This document shows, in pieces, positions 50,786 through 60,398 of a DNA stretch of 64,000 nt. Within the stretch, counting starts at the first letter, position 1, and every line of letters begins with the position of its first letter. Source of the stretch: a bacterium (GTDB lineage: Bacteria; UBA10199; 2-02-FULL-44-16; JAAZCA01). The stretch lies in assembly GCA_963674695.2 (NCBI GenBank), contig CAXXGI010000003.1:960001-1024000 (forward strand), given 5' to 3'. The notes under the pieces are model-generated. The model did no database searches. It worked only from the letters and a program-made list of their open reading frames with translations, and was not told the DNA's origin. Position numbers and translations under genes: made by a program.

Positions 50786-52122
50786 CAGTTTCCTCCCTCT
50801 TCGCGCTGACAGGCGATCTCAAGACTCGTGATATAGGTCGGATCGACGCTCGCGGGCCAGCCCGGCGTCGCAACCCGAAGCGCGCCATTGAAGCTGCCAC
50901 AGTCGTCTTCCATCGAACAGGCGATCGGCAAAACGATGTTGCCCAGGGCGCTCACCGCGATCTCGTTGCGCGTGTCCCCCGCGATGGTCTCCGGGAGATC
51001 ATGCAGATCCGCCCAGGTCATCGGAAAGACGATGGCATCGTCGACAGCGCGATAGGCCGACTCCCCTTCATCGAGATACATTTCGATTCCGCGCAGTGCG
51101 ATCTGCTCAGCGCCGATGGTCAGATCGATGGTGGTCTCCCAGCGACCGGTCAGGTCTGCAACCTCGCCGCGCACATCCACGCCGCGCAGCGACCAGGTAT
51201 CGGCCGGTTCCGTCCAACGACGACAGCCGAGATCATCAGGCGTCTCTCCGCAATCGACCTCATCGCCACCGCGCTCGACAAAGCGCATCACGCCCGTCCA
51301 GCCGGTGTCAGTCTCCTCCATCACGCCCAGGGTAAGGGTCTGCATGGCATAGCGCCAGCCAAAGCCGTCCTCGGCGTGCATGGTGCAACTATAGCGCTCG
51401 CCCTCGAGGACCTCCTCCTCGGTCTCAGCATCGCCGTCTTCGATACCATCGATATCGCCGTCCACATCGTCGCCATCGATGTCATCGATATCGCCGTCTT
51501 CGATACCATCGATATCGCCGTCTCCATCTTCGCCATCGATGTCATCGATATCGCCGTCCTCGATTCCGTCGATCTCATCATCCTCAATGCCGTCGACATC
51601 GTCGCCATCGGCCGTGTCGCCGTCGATGTCTTCAATATCGCCGTCGATGTCATCGATGTCGCCATCGACGCATTCGGGGCACTCGGTCTCGGGACATTCC
51701 CCTTCGCCGCACGGTTCGCATTCGGAACAATCGGAATCCCCATCGCAGGTCGGGCACTCCGTCGAAGGACAATCGGCATCGCCGTCGCAGGTCGGGCACT
51801 CGACATCGGGGCACTCGCCGTCGCCCCCATTGCACGCATCGGGACTCTCAGGGAGGCCGCCGAACTGATCCACCGAGGGATCGCCATCCTCTGAAGAGGC
51901 GCATCCCATGATGCTCAGGGGAATCAGCAGGCTCTTCACCGCCGCTCGCGCCATACAGAAGGACGCCTCCTTGAGGACGGAGATCATCCGATCCGCGAGG
52001 GCATAGCTGTCAGGCGTTTTCACACCTGCCGCCGGTGTCTGCGATGAACGCGCAAACATCTTCGGCGCAACACCGCCGGCCGGCTGTATCGGTTGCATCC
52101 TGTTCACGTTGGTCTCTGCCAT
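50785..52122 (-). CDS. Asp/Cys-rich low-complexity protein (DGD repeats)
   Basis: ATG 52122 after AAGGAG; ECPTCDGD and DGDIDD repeats, 60-bp periodicity at about 51431-51570; internal LSIMGC. Confidence 0.75.
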   Translation of the reverse strand: MAETNVNRMQPIQPAGGVAPKMFARSSQTPAAGVKTPDSYALADRMISVLKEASFCMARAAVKSLLIPLSIMGCASSEDGDPSVDQFGGLPESPDACNGGDGECPDVECPTCDGDADCPSTECPTCDGDSDCSECEPCGEGECPETECPECVDGDIDDIDGDIEDIDGDTADGDDVDGIEDDEIDGIEDGDIDDIDGEDGDGDIDGIEDGDIDDIDGDDVDGDIDGIEDGDAETEEEVLEGERYSCTMHAEDGFGWRYAMQTLTLGVMEETDTGWTGVMRFVERGGDEVDCGETPDDLGCRRWTEPADTWSLRGVDVRGEVADLTGRWETTIDLTIGAEQIALRGIEMYLDEGESAYRAVDDAIVFPMTWADLHDLPETIAGDTRNEIAVSALGNIVLPIACSMEDDCGSFNGALRVATPGWPASVDPTYITSLEIACQREEGGN

Positions 52123-52151
52123 GCCGCACTCCTTGCGTTCTTCCGTTGAAA

Positions 52152-54227
52152 TCAGTTGTATTCGGTCGCGCCGATATCGGGCGTCGCGTCGCGCGCCGCT
52201 CCGTTCACATCGGTCGTCACACCCTCCACAACGAGCCCCAGATCGCGCACCTGGCCGCGCACCGCTTCCAGGAGCACCCCTGCCCCCAGGTCGATGTCGG
52301 AAAGAGCGAATGTCGCCAGGACGTTCCCCTCGTGTTGAATCGAACCGTCCGCACACCCCGCCGGCGGCGGAGTGCCGTCGGTGCACTCGTTGACAACGCC
52401 CATCGTCTCGCGCGCGTCCGTATCGAAGCGATGGATGAGCGGCATACCATGTCCGCTCGACGTCGCGTTGAAGGCGTTGTTCCGCAACACGGGGAAGCAG
52501 TCGACACAGGTCGAATGCAGCGAGAAGAAGGCGCTGTTCGGGTTATTCCCGTAGAATGCACCGATCGTCCCGACCACCTCCAGGCCGAAGGGGTTGTTGC
52601 GATCGTAGCGCACGCCATGCAGATTTCCGCTGCCACCGGCGAGGAAGATCGAATTATTATAGATGTGCGCACTCGATGCATTCCCGAGTGCAGAGAAAGA
52701 AACCCCCGTCTTGTGTGCCTGATCATCGGCGACCTGTTCCATCGCGATGACGTTGTTGACGATCGAGAGGTCGATCGGCCGCAACTGCGCGGCCACATCG
52801 ACACCGGAGAGCTTCGCGTCGGCGCTCGCGCGCGCGGTGATGGCGAAGCGATTGCGCTGCACGTCGATTATCGCGTTCGGCTGCGGACAGGTGACCTGCA
52901 CGCCGGTGCCCGCCTCGGCAACCCCCTGCAGGATGAACCGGCTATCAGCCAGGGCAACCCCAGCCGCCGCCGCATCGCACGTGATCGAGATTCCCTTGGC
53001 GACGGACCCGCCGTTCGTTTCCATGTCGACATTCGAAAGCGTCACCCCCTGCGCATCCGTCACCTGCACGGCCGCCACGACGGCATTGCCCAGATCGCCG
53101 CCGCCGGAGACGGTCAGATCATCGACGATCACATCGGACCCACCCGAGATGCCGACGCCCTGCAAGAGACGCTCGGCACCGTCCGGGGCGAATGCGACGC
53201 GGCTCGCAGAGCCCACGGTGACGTTCGTGCTGCCCATAACGCCGACGGCCGCATAGCGCTCGCATCGGCCGCTGTTGGCAAACTGCGCACCGCGCACCGC
53301 AACATCCGCACTGTCCTCAACAATGAGATCCACACAGGAGGCACCGCTTCTCCCATCGGTCACAAACCGCACGTCCTCGATCACCACCGCATGAGCGTTC
53401 GACAAGCGAAGCCCACAGGGGGCATTGCCCACGTCTCCGCCCTCGAAGCGCATGCGCTGGAGCGTCACGTTTGAAACGCTCTGCCCCTGCACGGCGCAGG
53501 CACTTCCCTCGGGAGCAGCGAGCGTTGTATCGATTTCGCCCAGGACCGGTTCGCCCGTATCGGTAAAACTGTCCACACCGCCGACGAGCGTCAGTCCATC
53601 GGCGAGCGCCACCCCTTGGGCGTAGCGACCGTTCATTATATAGATCGTCGTAAATCCACGACCGCCCGCAAGTGTGATCGCACGGGCTATCGAGGCCACC
53701 GGATCGAGCCAGGTGCCGCGCCGATCGACGGCATCGCTGCCTGCGGTAGAGACGACGACCGCTTCGAAACCAGCGGTCGGATCGACCTCGGGAGGAGTAA
53801 TGATGGAGAGCACCACGCCATTGACGATGAGGATCTCGACGCGTGCCGGAAGGCTCACGCGATCGTCATCATCGGTAACGGTGAGCGTGAAGACGAGTTC
53901 ATCGGTCGTGTTGGGCACTTCGAAGCGAACGCGCATCTCGCTCTCGTAGGTGAGTTCCACCGCCGTGCCACCAGTCTGCTCCCAGACAAAATTCGTGATG
54001 ACCTCGCCATCGACCGGATGCGAAGCGCTCCCATCCATAATGATGCGCGCGGGGATAACGGTGTCGTCGACTTCCGTCTCGATCATGGCGACCGGCAACA
54101 GAACGGAGATGTCCGTCTCGATCTGGCCGCTGCCGCCGTGACAACCGAAGACAAACCAGGCCATGCCGATCGCCCCCAGCAGAGAGGCCATCCTTACTCC
54201 CCATCGATGCACGCGATGATCCGTCAT
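52152..54227 (-). CDS. Lipoprotein with PKD/Ig-like domain and right-handed beta-helix region
   Basis: Lipobox VFGC; DGSAS...WEQTGG..FTLTVTDDD (PKD-like); GT..DPVASI..AI...IYI.NGRY; C-terminal PDIGA.E. Confidence 0.78.
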   Translation of the reverse strand: MTDHRVHRWGVRMASLLGAIGMAWFVFGCHGGSGQIETDISVLLPVAMIETEVDDTVIPARIIMDGSASHPVDGEVITNFVWEQTGGTAVELTYESEMRVRFEVPNTTDELVFTLTVTDDDDRVSLPARVEILIVNGVVLSIITPPEVDPTAGFEAVVVSTAGSDAVDRRGTWLDPVASIARAITLAGGRGFTTIYIMNGRYAQGVALADGLTLVGGVDSFTDTGEPVLGEIDTTLAAPEGSACAVQGQSVSNVTLQRMRFEGGDVGNAPCGLRLSNAHAVVIEDVRFVTDGRSGASCVDLIVEDSADVAVRGAQFANSGRCERYAAVGVMGSTNVTVGSASRVAFAPDGAERLLQGVGISGGSDVIVDDLTVSGGGDLGNAVVAAVQVTDAQGVTLSNVDMETNGGSVAKGISITCDAAAAGVALADSRFILQGVAEAGTGVQVTCPQPNAIIDVQRNRFAITARASADAKLSGVDVAAQLRPIDLSIVNNVIAMEQVADDQAHKTGVSFSALGNASSAHIYNNSIFLAGGSGNLHGVRYDRNNPFGLEVVGTIGAFYGNNPNSAFFSLHSTCVDCFPVLRNNAFNATSSGHGMPLIHRFDTDARETMGVVNECTDGTPPPAGCADGSIQHEGNVLATFALSDIDLGAGVLLEAVRGQVRDLGLVVEGVTTDVNGAARDATPDIGATEYN

Positions 54228-54283
54228 GAGACCAACTCCTTGCAGACGTTATGCGACGATTACAGTCCGTCGCTCATGACATA

Positions 54284-54310
54284 CTATCGTCACCGACACA
54301 ATAAAGTTGC
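54284..54310 (-). promoter_or_regulatory. Putative alternative-sigma promoter (variant)
   Basis: Minus strand GCAAC-N15-ACGATAG, 56 nt upstream of ATG 54227. Confidence 0.55.
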
Positions 54311-54438
54311 TCTGTTTTTATGAATAATATCACAGTGTTAGGCTAACATGGCGACCGTGACGAAATGTCACAACGCAATCATCACGGCACGCATTCCCAT
54401 TGCAAAGTGAACGAGTTGCACATAGAGGACATCCCCTC

Positions 54439-57282
54439 ATGCGACACGATGCCATCGTCATCCGCGGCGCGCGGATGCATAACCTCAAAGATATCGACGT
54501 CACGATCCCGAAGAACAAACTCGTGGTCGTGACGGGGCTGTCCGGCTCGGGCAAATCCTCGCTCGCCTTCGACACGGTCTATGCGGAGGGACAGCGGCGC
54601 TATGTCGAATCGCTCTCGGCGTATGCGCGTCAATTCCTCATGCAGATGGACAAGCCCGACGTCGACTCGATCGAGGGTTTGAGCCCCGCCATCTCCATCG
54701 AGCAGCGAACCGCGAGCCGCAATCCGCGCTCGACGGTCGGCACCTCGACCGAAATTTGGGATTACCTGCGCCTGCTCTTCGCACGCGCAGGACAGGTGCA
54801 CTGCCCGGGCTGTGGACGGCTCATCGCCGGACAGAGCGCGTCACAGATCGTCGATCAGGTCATGGGGGATATCCCCGAGGGCAGCCGCATCACCGTGCTG
54901 GCCCCGGTCATCTCGGGTCGCAAGGGCGAACACGTCAAGGAATTGAAACGCCTGACGCGCGAGGGCTTCGTGCGCGCACGTATCGACGGCGCCATCGTCG
55001 AACTGGCATCTCCTCCCGCGCTGGACAAGAAGCGCAAACACGACATCGACCTGATCGTCGACCGTCTCGTCGTCAAACCCAGCGCGCGCCAGCGACTGGC
55101 CGACTCAATCGAAACCGCCCTGAAATTCGGGGATGGAATGGTGAAGATCACCACGGGTCACGACAACGAGTTGCTCTTCTCGGAGAAAAACGCCTGCGCC
55201 TATTGCCACATCAGCATGCCGGAGGTCACCCCGCAGCTCTTCAGCTTCAACTCGCCCAAGGGGGCCTGCCCCGACTGCGATGGCTTAGGCATGCGGCGCT
55301 ACTTCGACGCAGACCTGATTATCCCCAATCATCACCTCTCGCTGCGCGAAGGCGCGATCGCGCCCTGGCAGAAGAAATCACCGACGGCGATGGTGGAGCT
55401 CTTTCAGGCGCTGGCCAAACACTATTCCTTCGACATCCGCACGCCATTTGGAGAACTGCCACAGCGCGCGCGCGAAGTCATCCTGCACGGATCCGGAAGC
55501 GAATCGATTCGATTCTCCTATGACAGCGGCGATGAACGGCGCCAGATCTATAAGCAAGCGTTCGAAGGAGTCATCCCTTTCCTCGAACGACGTCTTCGGG
55601 AGACGAGTTCCGATTACATCCGGTGGGATATCGAACGCTACATGAACATGCGTCCCTGCCCCACCTGCATGGGCACGCGGCTGAAACCCGAGAGCCTCTG
55701 CGTCCTCGTGGGTGGCAAGACCATCGCTGAGATCGCCGCGCTGCCCATCTGCGATTGCGAGCGATTCTTCGCAACCCTCAAGATGACCCGAAAGGAACGG
55801 GCGATCGCCAAGCGCCTGCTCAAGGAGATCCGCGAACGCCTCTCCTTTCTCGCCAAGGTGGGGCTCGACTACCTCACGCTCGATCGCGCCAGCGGCACGC
55901 TCGCCGGCGGCGAAGACCAACGCATACGGCTGGCCACCCAGATCGGTTCGGCACTCACCGGCGTGCTCTATGTCCTCGACGAGCCCTCCATCGGGCTGCA
56001 CCAGCGCGACAACGATCGGCTGCTCGAAACGCTCATGCGCCTGCGCGACCTGGGCAATACGGTGCTCGTGGTCGAACACGACCGCGACACCATGCTCGCA
56101 GCCGACCATATCATCGACCTCGGTCCCGGCGCCGGTATTCACGGAGGCAAGATCGTCGCCTGCGGCACGCCGGATGAGATCATGGCGGATCCCAACTCCA
56201 TCACGGGACAGCACCTCTCGGGAAAGCGTTCGATCGAAACGCCGACACATCGCCGCACGCTGGGAACCGAATGGCTCACCATCGAAGGCGCGACCGAACA
56301 CAACCTGAAAAACATCGATGTCGCCTTTCCCCTCGGGTGTTTCATCGCCATCACGGGGGTATCCGGTTCCGGAAAATCGACGCTCGTGAGCGACACGCTG
56401 CTGGCCGGACTCAAGCAACGCCTGCTCAAATCGAAGATCCAGGCCGGCGCTATGCGCGACATGAAGGGGTTCGATCGCATCCGCAAGGTGATCGACATCG
56501 ATCAGAACCCGATCGGGCGCACGCCGCGCTCGAACCCTGCCACCTATACGGGAATCTTCACGCCGATTCGCCAGCTCTTCGCCGAGCTTCCTGAATCGCG
56601 CGCGCGCGGCTACAAGCCGGGACGGTTCTCCTTCAACGTGAAAGGCGGTCGGTGTGAAGCCTGCGAAGGCGATGGCATCATCAAGATCGAGATGCACTTT
56701 CTGCCCGACGTCTACGTCGAGTGCGAAGTCTGTGAGGGAAAACGCTTCAACCGCGAGACCCTCGACATTCACTATAAAGGCGCCTCGATCTCCGATGTGC
56801 TCCACATGACGATCAATCAGGCACACCGCTTCTTCGAAAACGTCCCCGCCGTTGCCAACAAACTCGAGACGCTCATTGAGGTGGGGCTGGGCTATATCGA
56901 GTTGGGACAGGCGGCCACCACCCTCTCGGGCGGTGAAGCGCAACGCATCAAGTTGTCACGCGAGCTCTCCCGCCGCCCGGCGATCCCCGTCGAAGAGGGG
57001 GGCAGCGGACGCACGCTCTATATCCTGGATGAACCGACCACGGGCCTGCACTTCGAGGATATTCAAAAACTGCTCGACGTCCTCGACCGCCTGGTCGACG
57101 CGGGCAACACCGTGATCGTCATCGAGCACAACCTCGATGTCATCAAACACGCCGACCACTGCATCGACCTCGGTCCCGAGGGGGGCGCGGCCGGCGGCGA
57201 AATCGTCGCCATCGGAACGCCCGAGGAGCTGGCCCGGCACAAGACATCCTTCACCGGAAAATATCTGAAGGATGTGTTGTAG
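54439..57282 (+). CDS. uvrA: Excinuclease ABC subunit A
   Basis: [25 protein letters not shown], zinc fingers, [25 protein letters not shown]. Confidence 0.98.
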   Translation: MRHDAIVIRGARMHNLKDIDVTIPKNKLVVVTGLSGSGKSSLAFDTVYAEGQRRYVESLSAYARQFLMQMDKPDVDSIEGLSPAISIEQRTASRNPRSTVGTSTEIWDYLRLLFARAGQVHCPGCGRLIAGQSASQIVDQVMGDIPEGSRITVLAPVISGRKGEHVKELKRLTREGFVRARIDGAIVELASPPALDKKRKHDIDLIVDRLVVKPSARQRLADSIETALKFGDGMVKITTGHDNELLFSEKNACAYCHISMPEVTPQLFSFNSPKGACPDCDGLGMRRYFDADLIIPNHHLSLREGAIAPWQKKSPTAMVELFQALAKHYSFDIRTPFGELPQRAREVILHGSGSESIRFSYDSGDERRQIYKQAFEGVIPFLERRLRETSSDYIRWDIERYMNMRPCPTCMGTRLKPESLCVLVGGKTIAEIAALPICDCERFFATLKMTRKERAIAKRLLKEIRERLSFLAKVGLDYLTLDRASGTLAGGEDQRIRLATQIGSALTGVLYVLDEPSIGLHQRDNDRLLETLMRLRDLGNTVLVVEHDRDTMLAADHIIDLGPGAGIHGGKIVACGTPDEIMADPNSITGQHLSGKRSIETPTHRRTLGTEWLTIEGATEHNLKNIDVAFPLGCFIAITGVSGSGKSTLVSDTLLAGLKQRLLKSKIQAGAMRDMKGFDRIRKVIDIDQNPIGRTPRSNPATYTGIFTPIRQLFAELPESRARGYKPGRFSFNVKGGRCEACEGDGIIKIEMHFLPDVYVECEVCEGKRFNRETLDIHYKGASISDVLHMTINQAHRFFENVPAVANKLETLIEVGLGYIELGQAATTLSGGEAQRIKLSRELSRRPAIPVEEGGSGRTLYILDEPTTGLHFEDIQKLLDVLDRLVDAGNTVIVIEHNLDVIKHADHCIDLGPEGGAAGGEIVAIGTPEELARHKTSFTGKYLKDVL

Positions 57283-57374
57283 ACTGATCTCCATCCATCA
57301 TGAGCTGCCGCGAGGGGAAACCTTGTACGTCTGGAACAAGCTTCATCTCAGCGTGATGACAAGGCCTTGTTTTT

Positions 57375-57472
57375 TGTCATCCCCGTGAAAACGGGGATCT
57401 CGACCTCCTGTAACAAGCGAGATTCCCGCTGGAGCCTGCCCCCGAACGATTGAATCGGGGGCGGGAATGACA
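57375..57472. repeat. REP/RPE-like palindromic element with nested module
   Basis: TGTCATCCCCGTGAAAACGGGGATCTCG...CGAGATTCCCGCT[GGAGCCTGCCCCCGAACGATTGAATCGGGG]GCGGGAATGACA. Confidence 0.85.
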
Positions 57473-57603
57473 AGCTCCAATTTTCGATAAAGCTCATCCG
57501 AAACTCACTTTTTGAAACACCAATCGCCATTTAACCGTTGGATTTTTTCCCTCGTTTCCCCTATGCTGCCTCCCACACCATCATTATATGGGAGGATTTC
57601 ATC

Positions 57604-58677
57604 ATGGCTCTGCGCCGCTTCTTCTTCGCCCTCTTGTCGCTGACCCTGCTCGTCCCCGCCATGGCCGTCTCTGCACCGACCGAAGCCCGGGATGAGTCAA
57701 GCCCTTCGACCTCGGCGCTGCAGCGCCGCCAATTCGATGCGCAGGCAACGCTCGCGACGAACCTGCCGATGTCGATCACGATCATCGCCACGACCGCAGG
57801 CGAGGGGCAGGCGCATGCGGCCATGTCCTCGGCGATCACGCGCGCGGCCGCCCTTGCGGGAGAACTCATCGGGCCGGGGGGGTTGCAGGAGAAACTCAAC
57901 CAGATCGGCGCGGGCAAGAGCATCGCGCTCTCGCCGGATGCCTTCGCCTTCTTTAAAAAAGCAAAACTGCTGGCGGCACAGACCAACGGCTGGTTCGACA
58001 TCGCCGCCCCTTCCCCTCGCGGATGGTTTGTGCAGCGCGACTGGCGTCGCATCCATCTCAACCCAATCGATCGCACCGTGAGTCTCAAGAGCTCCGACAT
58101 GCGCTTCGATCTCACGCGGTTTGCGGAAGGCTTCTTGACCGACATCGCCCTCGATGCGCTGCGTTCACACGGCATTACGAACGCGCAGGTCATGATCGGG
58201 TGGGCACAGCGCAACATCGGCAACGATATCTTCACGCCCTGGACGGTGCGCATCGACTTCGGCGCACAGGGCGAAGCGAAGTTCGCCTCACGAGCACTGA
58301 GCTATTCGCTGCCGAACGTGGCGACCGCGACGGTCACCCCCAGCGGTTTGGGGCGCGATCTCATCGATGCCCATAATCGCAAACCGATCCTGAACAGCGA
58401 TGTCCGAAGCGTGACCACCATCGCCGCCGATGCGGCATCCGCCGTTGCCAACGGCATCGCCGTCTATACCCTCGGAGCCAAGAACGGCGTCAAATACCTC
58501 ATCTCCCATGCCTCGGTGAAGGGAATCGTCGTCGCGGGTGACGGCGCCCTCTATGCCTCCGCGGGACTCGACGCTGCTACGGCCAAACGAGCCTCATCGG
58601 AAAAGCCACGCATCAGCGGGGATGGAGGATCGAATGACCTCCGCCAGAAGGAGCGCGAAGAATCGGAGGGGCTCTAA
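57604..58677 (+). CDS. ApbE-like (FAD:protein FMN transferase fold) periplasmic protein, degenerate motifs
   Basis: Signal peptide; TNGWFDI, FDL..FAEGFL.D, PW.V.I, VATAT, LIDA, SVTTIA pattern. Confidence 0.7.
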   Translation: MALRRFFFALLSLTLLVPAMAVSAPTEARDESSPSTSALQRRQFDAQATLATNLPMSITIIATTAGEGQAHAAMSSAITRAAALAGELIGPGGLQEKLNQIGAGKSIALSPDAFAFFKKAKLLAAQTNGWFDIAAPSPRGWFVQRDWRRIHLNPIDRTVSLKSSDMRFDLTRFAEGFLTDIALDALRSHGITNAQVMIGWAQRNIGNDIFTPWTVRIDFGAQGEAKFASRALSYSLPNVATATVTPSGLGRDLIDAHNRKPILNSDVRSVTTIAADAASAVANGIAVYTLGAKNGVKYLISHASVKGIVVAGDGALYASAGLDAATAKRASSEKPRISGDGGSNDLRQKEREESEGL

Positions 58678-58681
58678 TCCC

Positions 58682-59554
58682 ATGCGCCTTCTTTCGATTG
58701 TCATTTGCATCATCACCCTCGCGCTGAGCGCACCCGCATTTGCGCAGGGCGTGCAGATCTTTCAACGCCAAACCACCATCGGTGGCCACCAAGCGGCCCT
58801 GCTCATCGTCGGCTGGCAGAAGGACGCTGCCGCCGTCCAGAAGCTCTTCGACCTGGTCGTGCAACAGGGCGCCGCATCATATGCGCGCCTGGACTGGCGC
58901 AATCCCGCCAGCGAAGTGGCCCGCATCAACGCAGCCGCAGGCACGGATGCGATACGCGTTTCTAAGGACGTGCGCGCGGCGTTCGAAGCGGCGGAAAAAG
59001 TTTCAAGTTGGACCAAGGGCGCATTTGACATCGTCTCCGGCGGCAGTTGGAAAGACCTGAAGGTAGGCGGCAGCGTGAAGCTCAAGCGCGCCGGCGCACA
59101 GGTTCGATTCGATCCGATCATCGAAGGATTTTTGGCCGACCTGATGCTCACGCTCATCTACAATTCCAACATGCAAAATGCGATGGTGAAGGTCGGAAAC
59201 ATCTTTCGCGGAACCGGGCAAAGCATTCGGGGCCCGTGGAAGATTCAGGTTCAGGACGATGAGGGAACTTTTGCGCGCCATGCCATCAACCTGATCGTGC
59301 GCAACACGGGGGTCGCCACCGTGAGCGCCAGCCAGTTTCGCGCCCAAGGGCTCATCGATCCCAGGTCGGGAAGACCCATCGCCCCGCCCTGCAAGGGCGT
59401 GGTCGTGGTCAGCACCAGCGCGGCGCTCGCCCAGGGTTTGGCCCGCGGCATCTTCGTCCTCGGGCCACAAAAAGGTATGGAGCTTCTCAAAAGCCACGCC
59501 CGCGGCATGATCGTCGATAACGCCGGCAAGTTCCTCCGCTCACCTGGGTTTTAA
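58682..59554 (+). CDS. ApbE-like periplasmic protein, second paralog, degenerate motifs
   Basis: Signal peptide; SEVARINAAAG, TKGAFDI, FDPIIEGFLAD, PWKIQV, GVATVS, LIDPRSG.P. Confidence 0.75.
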   Translation: MRLLSIVICIITLALSAPAFAQGVQIFQRQTTIGGHQAALLIVGWQKDAAAVQKLFDLVVQQGAASYARLDWRNPASEVARINAAAGTDAIRVSKDVRAAFEAAEKVSSWTKGAFDIVSGGSWKDLKVGGSVKLKRAGAQVRFDPIIEGFLADLMLTLIYNSNMQNAMVKVGNIFRGTGQSIRGPWKIQVQDDEGTFARHAINLIVRNTGVATVSASQFRAQGLIDPRSGRPIAPPCKGVVVVSTSAALAQGLARGIFVLGPQKGMELLKSHARGMIVDNAGKFLRSPGF

Positions 59555-59564
59555 TGCCGTACGT

Positions 59565-59678
59565 TGGTTCGTCGGTTCGATAGTTCGACGGTTCGTCGGT
59601 TACGGCAGTTCAACTACATGTTATAGCGATCAAGATCGATCGAACCATCGAACCATCGAACCATCGAACCATCGAACC
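59565..59678. repeat. Inverted pair of octamer tandem arrays
   Basis: GGTTCGTC GGTTCGAT AGTTCGAC GGTTCGTC ... (CGAACCAT)x4 CGAACC. Confidence 0.8.
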
Positions 59679-59681
59679 AAC

Positions 59682-60236
59682 ATGAACAATTACCACACGC
59701 TCTTGAATAAAGTAGACCACTTCGTCGCTGAGATCCGTGCACGGCATCCGGAATCGTTCGTGTGCGCACCCGGATGTGCCGAGTGTTGTGTAGCGGGCAT
59801 CACCGTCTGGCGCATCGAGTTCGAGTCTGTGCGTCTCGCGTCTCGCGATGCGCGTCTGACGAAAGCCCCTCCTTCCCGCTGCCCCCTCCTCGACTCCGAT
59901 GGTCGCTGCACCATCTATGACGCGCGTCCCATCGTCTGCCGCCTCTGGGGCGCGCCGCTCCTCTTCCCCTCCGACATCGACCGGAACGACAACACGTCGC
60001 TGCACCATGCAAACGAAACCCGCCTCGATTCGGATGATGCCACACTCACCTGCTGCCGCCTCAACTTCACCGAACCGCCGACGCTCGCCCAACTGCTCCC
60101 CTCCGACCTCATCAACGTCGAGACGGTGCTCACGACACTGGCGGCGATCAACCACGTCTACTGTCGGAAAAAGGGATTCGATCCGAACGAACGCCTCGCG
60201 CTGAACGCCCTCGATGCAGCTCCATTCCCATCCTGA
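59682..60236 (+). CDS. YkgJ-family cysteine-cluster protein
   Basis: C..GC..CC and CPLL...GRCTIY..RPIVCRLWG. Confidence 0.88.
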   Translation: MNNYHTLLNKVDHFVAEIRARHPESFVCAPGCAECCVAGITVWRIEFESVRLASRDARLTKAPPSRCPLLDSDGRCTIYDARPIVCRLWGAPLLFPSDIDRNDNTSLHHANETRLDSDDATLTCCRLNFTEPPTLAQLLPSDLINVETVLTTLAAINHVYCRKKGFDPNERLALNALDAAPFPS

Positions 60237-60354
60237 TGCCAGCTTTTTGACGAAGACGGGTTTTTCTCCACCCTGGCGTCTTTTCTACCTGACAGCCAAG
60301 CAGAATTATACCAATAAAATCAATGGCGTATACCACACCCCACTTTGCATTTTC

Positions 60355-60370
60355 TGGCATGATCCTTGCT
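60355..60370 (+). promoter_or_regulatory. Putative sigma-54 (-24/-12) promoter
   Basis: TGGCATGATCCTTGCT: GG-N10-GC, near-consensus, 28 nt before ATG 60399. Confidence 0.75.
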
Positions 60371-60398
60371 CTCTCAAGGGGTGAAAGAGGGGGCATTC

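Noticed and set aside
49262-50809. 515-aa plus-strand ORF (also 52035-53474, 55378-56943, 13844-15313, 25472-26770)
   Set aside because: Antisense to better-supported genes with RBSs, motifs or translational coupling.
54336-54370. Palindromes TGTTA-GGC-TAACA and GTGAC-N6-GTCAC upstream of uvrA as a LexA box
   Set aside because: I found no matching copy upstream of recA or radA, so an SOS-box call is unsupported.
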